In this document: positions 31,532 through 38,962 of the stretch, one piece after another
Layout: each line of letters begins with the position of its first letter
Numbering within the stretch: position 1 is the first letter of the stretch
IMG/VR virus record: IMGVR_UViG_3300018080_008436
Location: 248,001 to 312,000 of that record
Direction: 5' to 3' (one strand)
DNA: 64,000 bases
The notes under the pieces: model-generated
Databases searched by the model: none
Told to the model about the DNA's origin: nothing
The model's input: the letters and a program-made list of their open reading frames with translations, nothing else
Position numbers and translations under genes: made by a program

Positions 31532-31600
31532 TTAATTCAAATAATTATGCACTTTATCCTGCGATTGACCCAACATTTTTCCGATGATTGCTCCGATCAT
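31532..31600 (-). pseudogene. Orphaned original 5' end of the ADP-ribosylglycohydrolase gene
   Basis: MIGAIIG followed by frameshifted NVGS, matching IGAILGDIIGS downstream. Confidence 0.65.
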
Positions 31601-31627
31601 AGTCTTTGTCCTTGTATTAAATCGATA

Positions 31628-31942
31628 TTACCAAGCGGCTTTTATTGTATGATTTCCCTCGGCATCATATGTGATTTGTTGCCAATAACCAGATGAGTCT
31701 GTATGGAGAATAATCCTACCCAAAACATCGTATGACCAATACTGCCATGCTCCATTATAGAAATCAATCCTTACGCATTGTTTCTTATCATTATATGATC
31801 TTCTGTGCCATTCCCCTTTGGAATTATTGTAGGCTATCCAAAGCCCTGCTTTATCATACTCTTTGGTTTCCCAAACTCCATTATCATGGACATCTCGTAT
31901 GATTTGCCCCCCATCTTTCGTTCTTGTTACAAATGAAGGCAT
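31628..31942 (-). CDS. Hypothetical protein with YD-like repeats
   Basis: Repeats W...YDxxG; similar to 38529..38954. Confidence 0.6.
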   Translation of the reverse strand: MPSFVTRTKDGGQIIRDVHDNGVWETKEYDKAGLWIAYNNSKGEWHRRSYNDKKQCVRIDFYNGAWQYWSYDVLGRIILHTDSSGYWQQITYDAEGNHTIKAAW

Positions 31943-32004
31943 GTTGTTACCTCTTTCGTAAAGGCGTTGCACATCATTATTCTAAAAGCCGAATAGGGAA
32001 TCCT

Positions 32005-33108
32005 TTATCGGTGATCAGCCATCTCTTTCAGAATTCTTGAGAACCAAAGTTTTCTTGAAAATTCCCAAGCTTCATTTTGGGTTTCTTCGTTCTCATCTTT
32101 AACAGAAAAAGAACCCATTGGTATCCTTGCGGCTCCTGCACCCATTTTTCCGCCACCATGTTCTTTCCCAAAAATCTTTTTACAGATCTTATCAACATCA
32201 ATGGCCAGTCCGCTACTTCTAACACTGACTTCCAGGTTATCTCCGACAATAGCAACAATAAAAGAAGTGTCAATACCCTCGACTCTAGCTCTTTCTTCAG
32301 CTATACTTGGAAGGGCATCTCTTTTTGCAGGGGTTATGTAACCAATTCCTCCAAGAAACACTCCATTCTCTGAAATAGCATGTCCGTCATGGTCCAATCT
32401 TTTTCTAAGATCAAAATGATATGGTGGAATTGGATAGTTGATGATTTTAGCAAGCATTTTTTGATCTGTAACAACAATCAAGCTCTTATACGCATCAAAA
32501 TCGAGATCTGTAACGACATCTGTAACTAAATCGCACGTATCTGTCTTAATGCCAATTAACAATGCTGTTGCAACATTAGAATCTTCTTCTGACATTTTGT
32601 CGAACTCTATTTTAGCCTGCATCATGTATTCCCATACAATCGTGGAAGCAGAGCCGACACTTCTAATGTCTTTTAATTTTGCCTTCTTTGTATCACCTTT
32701 ATGATGATCAATAACCAAAGTGTAGACTGCATTGGGTATTGCGCTCCTTTCTGGAATGGTATCTACACAAACATATATGTCGGCAAAATTCTCAACATCT
32801 TCAGGAGTTTGAAGTTCCCCCTCAACCTCATCAACATGCGTTAACTGAAGATTAAGAACATTAATCATAGTTTTGTTTTGGGGATGGGAAATCTCTCCAC
32901 TATAAATCAAAGAAACTCTAGCTTCTGGAAGCCAACTTCTGATAAGTCTTTTGAGTCCATATGCAGATCCGATACAGTCTGGGTCTGGACAGGAATGCAT
33001 TGTTATTGCAATATGAAGTTGATGATTTGCCTCAAAAACCTCAAAAAGTTCATCTTTGAACTGATCTGCAATATGGTCAACATTCTTTACTTCTTCTTTT
33101 TCATCCAT
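32005..33108 (-). CDS. DHH/DHHA1 phosphoesterase (NrnA-like)
   Basis: HSCPDPDCIGS, VD, IDHH, DT, SVRS, GGG. Confidence 0.88.
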   Translation of the reverse strand: MDEKEEVKNVDHIADQFKDELFEVFEANHQLHIAITMHSCPDPDCIGSAYGLKRLIRSWLPEARVSLIYSGEISHPQNKTMINVLNLQLTHVDEVEGELQTPEDVENFADIYVCVDTIPERSAIPNAVYTLVIDHHKGDTKKAKLKDIRSVGSASTIVWEYMMQAKIEFDKMSEEDSNVATALLIGIKTDTCDLVTDVVTDLDFDAYKSLIVVTDQKMLAKIINYPIPPYHFDLRKRLDHDGHAISENGVFLGGIGYITPAKRDALPSIAEERARVEGIDTSFIVAIVGDNLEVSVRSSGLAIDVDKICKKIFGKEHGGGKMGAGAARIPMGSFSVKDENEETQNEAWEFSRKLWFSRILKEMADHR

Positions 33109-33180
33109 CTTCTTCTCCTTAATAAATAGAAAACGACTCCTACATTGGTTAATATAGGAGTCGTTTAGGATAAGTCAAGC

Positions 33181-33378
33181 TCAGGAAACAACTAAATTTT
33201 CAGATTCTTCTGACTCGTTTTCAGCCAGTAAATTCTCTTTACACTCTTCGCAAATTCCATGCGACAGCATAATTAGTCGATCCTCTACATAATGATCCAC
33301 TTCATGCGTAGAAATGCTGATAGTTTTTCTGCACCAAGCGCATCCAACTACAATCGTTTGTAAGTATATGTCTTTCAT
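33181..33378 (-). CDS. Hypothetical Zn-binding protein
   Basis: CAWC..SHGICEEC. Confidence 0.6.
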   Translation of the reverse strand: MKDIYLQTIVVGCAWCRKTISISTHEVDHYVEDRLIMLSHGICEECKENLLAENESEESENLVVS

Positions 33379-33575
33379 TTTTATTCCTACACATAGTGGG
33401 GTTAGTTTTCTTCCATTAGGGTATATTATACTACATATTCTGAGGAAGTCAAGTTAAGAAACTTATTTTTTTATAAGTTCGGCTTGACTTTGGCCAGAAA
33501 AGCCTTATACTAAATATTAAGTAATTGTTAACTTGATTAACAATCAGTTTGGAAAATTTCTAAAGGATGTGAAAA

Positions 33576-33668
33576 ATGAAACGTTTAGAAGACATGTTCA
33601 TGACCATGATGGAGAAGTCAACAGAGATCATTATCTTTGCTATCTTCTTGTTAATCATCTTGGCTTAA
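33576..33668 (+). CDS. 30-aa hydrophobic peptide (not in ORF track)
   Basis: MKRLEDMFMTMMEKSTEIIIFAIFLLIILA; AAGGA RBS; TTGACT-N16-TATACT at 33484..33511. Confidence 0.5.
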   Translation: MKRLEDMFMTMMEKSTEIIIFAIFLLIILA

Positions 33669-33684
33669 TACCACTCATCAGATT

Positions 33685-33762
33685 TGGTCGGGATAGCTGG
33701 ATTCGAACCAGCGACTCCTTGACCCCCAGTCAAGTGCTCTAACCAGGCTGAGCTACATCCCG
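33685..33762 (-). tRNA. tRNA-Pro(GGG)
   Basis: Loop CTGGGGG, C1-G72, CCA. Confidence 0.93.
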
Positions 33763-33811
33763 ACAATTATTCCGACACTTATCCCGACATTTTGTCGGGA
33801 TTCAGAAAAAC

Positions 33812-33926
33812 GCCAGTGTATTGCTCATTTATACTACCTCACAAAGTTTAGAATGCTGAATAGAACCTTATTCAAGTTCACTTTTAATAGTACTGTATGG
33901 GTGGGATTCGAACCCACATCTCTGGC
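33812..33926 (-). ncRNA. Permuted tRNA-like RNA carrying CAGCA module
   Basis: GCCAG/CTGGC ends, T-arm first (GTGGG TTCGAAT CCCAC), GAACTT-GAATA-AGGTTC-TATT-CAGCA. Confidence 0.5.
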
Positions 33927-33927
33927 T

Positions 33928-34003
33928 TGGTATCCCCAACGGGAATTGAACCCGTATCTGTTGGTTGAGAACCAACTATCCTAGACCGTTAGACGATGGG
34001 GAC
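33928..34003 (-). tRNA. tRNA-Glu(CTC)
   Basis: Loop TTCTCAA, CCA. Confidence 0.93.
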
Positions 34004-34010
34004 ATTAAAA

Positions 34011-34138
34011 ATGAGTCGGAAGGAATCGAACCTTCATTCCCTGGTTGATTTATTAAACATCAAATAGTTGCTGGAACGAAACTTATACAGTTTCACTTGG
34101 TTTTATGTCCAGGAGTTCTACCATTAAACTACGACCCA
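34011..34138 (-). ncRNA. tRNA-like RNA whose anticodon loop is replaced by a ~65-nt insert with CAGCAA module
   Basis: Intact acceptor, D and T arms, CCTGG/CCAGG stem, no encoded CCA. Confidence 0.7.
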
Positions 34139-34158
34139 AGTTGTATCTCTAATGAGAT

Positions 34159-34235
34159 TGGTCGGGTATGCAGGATTCGAACCTGCGATCTCATCATCCC
34201 AAATGATGCGCCTTACCAGACTAGGCTAATACCCG
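34159..34235 (-). tRNA. tRNA-Pro(TGG)
   Basis: Loop TTTGGGA, CCA. Confidence 0.93.
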
Positions 34236-34239
34236 ATAC

Positions 34240-34406
34240 AGAAGTGTTTTATCCTGTTAAACTATCCCCAACAAGATCGTACTTTAAGTCATCTGACACT
34301 AACTCATTTCTGACCCCAGAATATATTTTATTGTTTTGAATGTCAGTTCGTAACAACTACTTTACACTCTTAAGCCGAGGCTGGGACTCGAACCCAGATC
34401 TCTCCT
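34240..34406 (-). ncRNA. Circularly permuted tRNA mimic (YrlA-like topology)
   Basis: Order AGGAG, T-arm, CCTCGGC, long loop, GTTGGGG, D-arm, CTTCT. Confidence 0.6.
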
Positions 34407-34408
34407 TT

Positions 34409-34499
34409 TGGTGACGCAGACGGGATTCGAACCCGCAAAGGAATCTCTTCCTACCAGATTGAAAGTCTGGTTACTTCAGGCCAATTTGTATACTGCGCC
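34409..34499 (-). tRNA. tRNA-Glu(TTC) with long variable arm
   Basis: Loop CTTTCAA; AGGAA-GAGA-TTCCT extra arm; CCA. Confidence 0.85.
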
Positions 34500-34508
34500 A
34501 TTTTTTAG

Positions 34509-34626
34509 TCAGGACGGCTGGATTCGAACCAACTCCTTTAGCTCCTCAAGCTAAAATAAATATTGCTGTAGCGAACCTTATTGTCAAGTTCATGTTTATA
34601 ACGTGCTACCATTACACTACGTCCTG
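34509..34626 (-). ncRNA. tRNA-like RNA with ~47-nt CAGCAA module between D-arm and anticodon arm
   Basis: CAGGACG/CGTCCTG acceptor, TTAGC-TTGAGGA-GCTAA hairpin, T-arm; no encoded CCA. Confidence 0.7.
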
Positions 34627-34671
34627 ATGGTCTGACCCTCAAAAATCATAAGTCTGATTCTCGAAAAGTCA

Positions 34672-34750
34672 TGGTCTGGATGGTAGGATTCGAACCTACG
34701 CTACTCCTCAGTCCAAGTGAGGCGGGATGACCAGACTTCCCCACATCCAG
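34672..34750 (-). tRNA. tRNA-Pro(TGG), divergent
   Basis: Loop CTTGGAC, CCA. Confidence 0.88.
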
Positions 34751-34780
34751 ATTAAGTCTTCTAAATTTTCAAAGATCATT

Positions 34781-34856
34781 TGGTGACCCCAGTGGGAATC
34801 GAACCCAACCTTCCCAGGATGAAAACCTGGTGTCCTAGCCGATAGACGATGGGGCC
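34781..34856 (-). tRNA. tRNA-Glu(TTC)
   Basis: Loop TTTTCAT, CCA. Confidence 0.93.
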
Positions 34857-34865
34857 ATGGACAAT

Positions 34866-34931
34866 AAAAAAGCCCTCCTAACGCAAGCTAAGAGGGCACA
34901 AAAAAAGCCCTCCCGCTCATGGCAGAAGGGC
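34866..34931 (-). terminator. Two tandem intrinsic terminators of the Glu/Pro attenuator
   Basis: GCCCTTCTGC-CATGA-GCGGGAGGGC-T7 and GCCCTCTTAGC-TTGC-GTTAGGAGGGC-T6. Confidence 0.88.
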
Positions 34932-34953
34932 CAAAATCATAGTTATGATCTAA

Positions 34954-35031
34954 CTACAGATCGGCTGACCTCCTGCCAAAGGCTGGCGGTTCTTCTCGTT
35001 CTGGTTCTCGAATGTACATGTAGTTGTTCAT
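34954..35031 (-). CDS. Leader peptide MNNYMYIREPEREEPPAFGRRSADL (Glu/Pro attenuator)
   Basis: AAAGGA RBS; 4 GAA + 3 CCR within 8 codons. Confidence 0.8.
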   Translation of the reverse strand: MNNYMYIREPEREEPPAFGRRSADL

Positions 35032-35056
35032 AACAAATTTTCCTTTCGTTACCCCC

Positions 35057-35087
35057 ATTATAAACCATCCTAGAGACTTTTCAAGTC
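35057..35087 (-). promoter_or_regulatory. Promoter GACTTGAAA-N16-TATAAT
   Basis: Shared motif. Confidence 0.8.
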
Positions 35088-35168
35088 GAATTTGAAAATT
35101 TTTAGCAAAGTAATAAAAATAAAACGATTATGGCGACTTCCATATATACTGGATTACACCAGAAACAA

Positions 35169-35429
35169 CTAGTCTTGCTTAGAAATTGTCTCAACATCTA
35201 TATAATTCTTCCCCGTTAAAATCCAATTCTTCACTAACTTTTGCAAACATCTTGAGCAAAGAGCCGCTTCCTCATCTTTGACATCAAAATTATTCAAAGA
35301 GATCTGAATACAGACTTTCTTCCCCTTATTGTCCATCTCTATAGTAAACTCTTGGTCACCAAGTACCCCCGTTTCTGGAGTTACTTGGCAACCACAAGAG
35401 TCACATAGATATTCTATCTTAATCGCCAT
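35169..35429 (-). CDS. Hypothetical Zn-binding protein
   Basis: CDSC..CSRC. Confidence 0.6.
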   Translation of the reverse strand: MAIKIEYLCDSCGCQVTPETGVLGDQEFTIEMDNKGKKVCIQISLNNFDVKDEEAALCSRCLQKLVKNWILTGKNYIDVETISKQD

Positions 35430-35947
35430 TACTTCTGAAAAACTCTTGCTCTTTTGGCATGAGATTGTCTAGCGGCAACCATTCGTGGATCATCATCAGC
35501 CAAACTCAATCCTTGTTCTGCTCCCAAAAGGAAAGAGTCAACGACTTCACGGGCCAATTTATGATTTTCTCCCCATTCTGGGTTTGTGGCAAATAGAAGG
35601 TCAATACCATTCAAAAGAGCCAAAGAGCCTGCTAAGGCCAAAGGGCGTTCGTTTGGCTTAATTTTACCCTCTGCAACGGCTTTATCGAGGTAATCCTCAA
35701 CAACAGGGAAAAGAACCTGGGTATAGGTTGCTCCTTGAGAGGTATCAGCGGTTACACCTTTGATAACTCCAATAACTTCTTTTACAACTGCCATTTCTTC
35801 TGGAGTTGGGTCGTCATAAGCAACCCAGGTTACTGAGGCACCTAAACCTGCGTTCAGAGCTACTACTTTTGCTTGGCTTGGTGTACAACCAGTTAATGGG
35901 ATCATCAACATGGCTACGATTGCGGTGAAAAACATACTTCTTTTCAT
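35429..35947 (-). CDS. Putative lipoprotein
   Basis: Signal peptide with lipobox LTGC. Confidence 0.7.
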   Translation of the reverse strand: MKRSMFFTAIVAMLMIPLTGCTPSQAKVVALNAGLGASVTWVAYDDPTPEEMAVVKEVIGVIKGVTADTSQGATYTQVLFPVVEDYLDKAVAEGKIKPNERPLALAGSLALLNGIDLLFATNPEWGENHKLAREVVDSFLLGAEQGLSLADDDPRMVAARQSHAKRARVFQK

Positions 35948-36465
35948 TTCAAGTTCTCCTTATTTTTGGTTAATTTTACTGAAATAAATCTTGGTTCATC
36001 TTTTCTACTAGTGACAGTCGCAAAATCAGAGCATTTTTCTACAATTTCGTCCATTTTGCTCTTCGCAACATTAATATTTACTCTACGTCTGATCTTCATG
36101 GTGAAATGAAGTTCATGGCCATGATCAATAAACTCTTGAGCGTGTTTCATTTTATGCTCAACATCATGATCGTCAATCGAAGGAGTAAAACGTATCTCCT
36201 TCATCTCATGTTTTTGATCTTTTTGTTGCTTCTTTTGTTTTTTACCTTTTTGATATTTCCACTTACCGTAATCAATCAACTTACATAATGGGTTGTTCTT
36301 CTCGGTTTCCCCAGAGAAACAAACTAGGTCTAAACCTTTGTCCTGAGCTATCTCAATAGCATCAAGTGTTTTGATTTCTCTGTGAAATTTGTTATTTTCA
36401 TCAACCAAATCAAGAATGACGAAGCTTTTGCTGTCAACGACCAAGAACGGTTCCATGGACTTCAA
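35944..36465 (-). CDS. infC: Translation initiation factor IF-3
   Basis: GLDLV..PLCKLIDYGKWKY..KEIRFTPSIDDHD..K. Confidence 0.9.
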   Translation of the reverse strand: MKSMEPFLVVDSKSFVILDLVDENNKFHREIKTLDAIEIAQDKGLDLVCFSGETEKNNPLCKLIDYGKWKYQKGKKQKKQQKDQKHEMKEIRFTPSIDDHDVEHKMKHAQEFIDHGHELHFTMKIRRRVNINVAKSKMDEIVEKCSDFATVTSRKDEPRFISVKLTKNKENLK

Positions 36466-36476
36466 TGGTGTCCCTC

Positions 36477-36734
36477 CTATTTTGTGTAGTAATCTTTCAT
36501 TTCTTTGATTAAGACTTCCAATTTCTCCTGATAAGCCTTCATTTCGACTATGTTGTTCCTCAGAAGAACGGCGTTGCCTTTATCTAAATACAACCTATCA
36601 CCCTCTTTTTCAAACGCTGGTTGCGTTAAAACAGGTTTCTCAGGCATAACCCATGCTTTACCAACTGGATTCGTATGATGACATCCAGTGAAGACAAACA
36701 AACTAAAACATGCTATTAAGATCGTCTTGTACAT
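36477..36734 (-). CDS. Small lipoprotein (o-spanin-like)
   Basis: Lipobox FTGC, Pro-rich then helix; paralog of 58376..58633. Confidence 0.5.
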   Translation of the reverse strand: MYKTILIACFSLFVFTGCHHTNPVGKAWVMPEKPVLTQPAFEKEGDRLYLDKGNAVLLRNNIVEMKAYQEKLEVLIKEMKDYYTK

Positions 36735-36921
36735 CGTCTAAATCCTCACTCTCTTTCTGCTCTTCCTTCTCTTCATCAATTTTATCATATTCTTCTTTCA
36801 GTGTCTCTTGAATTTCCTGGGCCTGAGCTTCTTGCTCTTCTTTCTCTTCCTTCTTCTTAGTAAAGAAGTAATCGAGAATAGTTTTGATAAGATCCCATAA
36901 ACTCGTTCCTTTTTTACCCAT
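36703..36921 (-). CDS. Small coiled-coil protein overlapping lipoprotein gene
   Basis: GGAGG RBS; 32-bp overlap. Confidence 0.55.
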   Translation of the reverse strand: MGKKGTSLWDLIKTILDYFFTKKKEEKEEQEAQAQEIQETLKEEYDKIDEEKEEQKESEDLDDVQDDLNSMF

Positions 36922-36971
36922 GATATAGTCCCTCCAAATAGTTCTACCAGACTCTTTCTGAAAAATTGTTT

Positions 36972-37283
36972 TTAATCCTCTGCATTTTCCGACAATTTAT
37001 TCACCTGAAGAACTACAGTATGTCTAGGTCTCCACCCAACAGTTTTTGCCGCCAGAATAGCTGATTTAGCTTTCACTTCAACTATTTGATCAGTTCTTTT
37101 ATTTCTAATAACATAAGAGGTATCTATTTCATCCTTCTTATTATCGTATTTGCTTTTCTTCATGGCTTTGAATTCTTTGGCCCCTACGTGGACTTCAGGT
37201 TCCTTATCGACCTTTTTCGTAGCGTCAAGCAAATCGTTTTTTCTGAGAGAGTCAACAAGTTTTTTCGATACATTCTTATCCAT
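36972..37283 (-). CDS. Hypothetical protein
   Basis: Start trimmed to MDKNV. Confidence 0.55.
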   Translation of the reverse strand: MDKNVSKKLVDSLRKNDLLDATKKVDKEPEVHVGAKEFKAMKKSKYDNKKDEIDTSYVIRNKRTDQIVEVKAKSAILAAKTVGWRPRHTVVLQVNKLSENAED

Positions 37284-37701
37284 CGGTATAAGCCTCAAAA
37301 TTAAGATCTTCAAAGCAGAAGCCAAGAAGGGGTTCAATTAGCTCATCCAGAGGAACATTATTTTTTCTAGCTTTTTCTCTGATGTTATGAGCAAACATAT
37401 TAGCGGACTCAACGAAGTTTTTTAATTCTTCGATATTATTGGATTCCAAAGTGCCAATCCATGTTGCTATTGGCTGATTGCAGGAACATTTGATTACACA
37501 ACTTCCATGAACATGATCTACTTCCAATTCAAGGAACTCAAACTCAGTGCAATCTTCTAAATGTTGTTTAATATCTTCTTCGAAACTCATGAGAATTGAA
37601 CTTTTTTCTTTGAAATAATAGACTTTGTGCAAAAATGTATTTATATCGATAATCCCTTCTGCACGTAATTTAATAAGACGATCTAATTCTTTAGAGTCCA
37701 T
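37276..37701 (-). CDS. Hypothetical protein
   Basis: ORF track. Confidence 0.6.
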   Translation of the reverse strand: MDSKELDRLIKLRAEGIIDINTFLHKVYYFKEKSSILMSFEEDIKQHLEDCTEFEFLELEVDHVHGSCVIKCSCNQPIATWIGTLESNNIEELKNFVESANMFAHNIREKARKNNVPLDELIEPLLGFCFEDLNFEAYTDG

Positions 37702-37723
37702 TATAGCTGTTTTGAAAATGTTT

Positions 37724-38065
37724 TCAAGTTTCGTTGCTTCTTACCCATTCAGGCACTTCGCCTTCTTCCCAACGGATAGCTCTGTCCAAATCTTCTTGAG
37801 TGGGCATCAGAATATTGTTTGATATCATATAATTCTGCCAATCTTCCCCAAACTGTTCTCGGCATAAAGCTTGACCCCAATCAAACAACTCTCCTGAAAT
37901 TGAGTAAACGGTATTCCCATGTTTCTCATTCATTCTCTTGACCCATTCAAAAACACCTAATACTACTTGTTTTTGCTGTTCTTCGAGACTCATTTGATCT
38001 ACTGCTTCTTCTACTACCTCATTTGATTCTTGAGTAATGTCCATTTTTTCCTCAATGGTTTTCAA
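37724..38065 (-). CDS. Hypothetical protein
   Basis: ORF track. Confidence 0.6.
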   Translation of the reverse strand: MKTIEEKMDITQESNEVVEEAVDQMSLEEQQKQVVLGVFEWVKRMNEKHGNTVYSISGELFDWGQALCREQFGEDWQNYMISNNILMPTQEDLDRAIRWEEGEVPEWVRSNET

Positions 38066-38128
38066 ATCAATTTGTTTTTTATTATACAGTCGATTTTCTC
38101 CAAAACAGTTTTTAAACGGTTTTAAACT

Positions 38129-38490
38129 GTTTATAAATGCAATTTCAGGTCGGTTGGTAAGTGTACACTCCCCCTATAGCAGGAAGGAGGAGTAATACAC
38201 TTACCAGAGGCAGTTTATAACTGCAATTTCCAGTATAGGCAGTTTCATGTCACGATAGTGTTGAGGACTGGATTACCTCGGGTAGGTTAGCGGTCACCAC
38301 TACACTATACTCCCAGAATAAAATTCTCTAACGGTCGGCTTAAAGCTCGGTCACTTTTCGTTTTAGCGCCATATTCATTGCTTCCTGGGCTTTACCCGTC
38401 TCGGAACCCAGCCCCTAGCCAACTAACCTAGAATAGTCAATCTGACTGGGGTACAGCGCCCTACCGTATCAATCCATTTCGGTAGGATTT
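38129..38490. other. Structured non-coding region (ncRNA or origin-like)
   Basis: No ORF >=60 aa, several long inverted repeats, 18-bp direct repeat. Confidence 0.4.
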
Positions 38491-38528
38491 TGAATATTTC
38501 TGCTGATTTTAGTCTGGTAGTATTTTAG

Positions 38529-38954
38529 TTATTCAGTTTCTTTGAATAAAAATTTATGTTCAGAAAAGTATTCGTTAATACAACAACATGTTTTTGGATG
38601 TTTGTTGTTCCCATTTCCATGATGAGTCATGATTTTTTTATCATCAAGTAAATATATCCATTCGGCCCAGTACCCATCACTATCGTCATATCTTATTACT
38701 CTTCCTAAATCATCATACTTGTACTCTTCCCAAAGCTGATCCCCATTTTTGTCAATATCGCTGTTCCATCTGGTTAATAAGCCTTTTGTGTAATGCTTTT
38801 CATCCCATGAACCATCGTCATAATCAGTCCTGACAACGCATGCATGAGTTGTCATCTCGGCCCCTTGGAAGTTTACTCGGATCTCTTTGCCGCACCTCTT
38901 GCAAATTTTGGCATAATAGCTCTGGACCTTTCCATTGGGCAGTATTTCACCCAT
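38529..38954 (-). CDS. Hypothetical protein with YD-like repeats
   Basis: WEEYKYDDLGRVIRYDDSDGYW. Confidence 0.6.
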   Translation of the reverse strand: MGEILPNGKVQSYYAKICKRCGKEIRVNFQGAEMTTHACVVRTDYDDGSWDEKHYTKGLLTRWNSDIDKNGDQLWEEYKYDDLGRVIRYDDSDGYWAEWIYLLDDKKIMTHHGNGNNKHPKTCCCINEYFSEHKFLFKETE

Positions 38955-38962
38955 AATTTACC

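Noticed and set aside
34240-34406. Two-piece tmRNA
   Set aside because: No CCA, no Ala-type acceptor and no tag reading frame.
34011-34626. Group I or BHB introns in tRNAs
   Set aside because: Inserts are only ~47-65 nt, sit at different positions, show no evident BHB, and share a motif with the TROVE leader.
35944-36465. AUU start autoregulation of infC
   Set aside because: The ATT after the RBS is out of frame; the in-frame starts are TTG/ATG.
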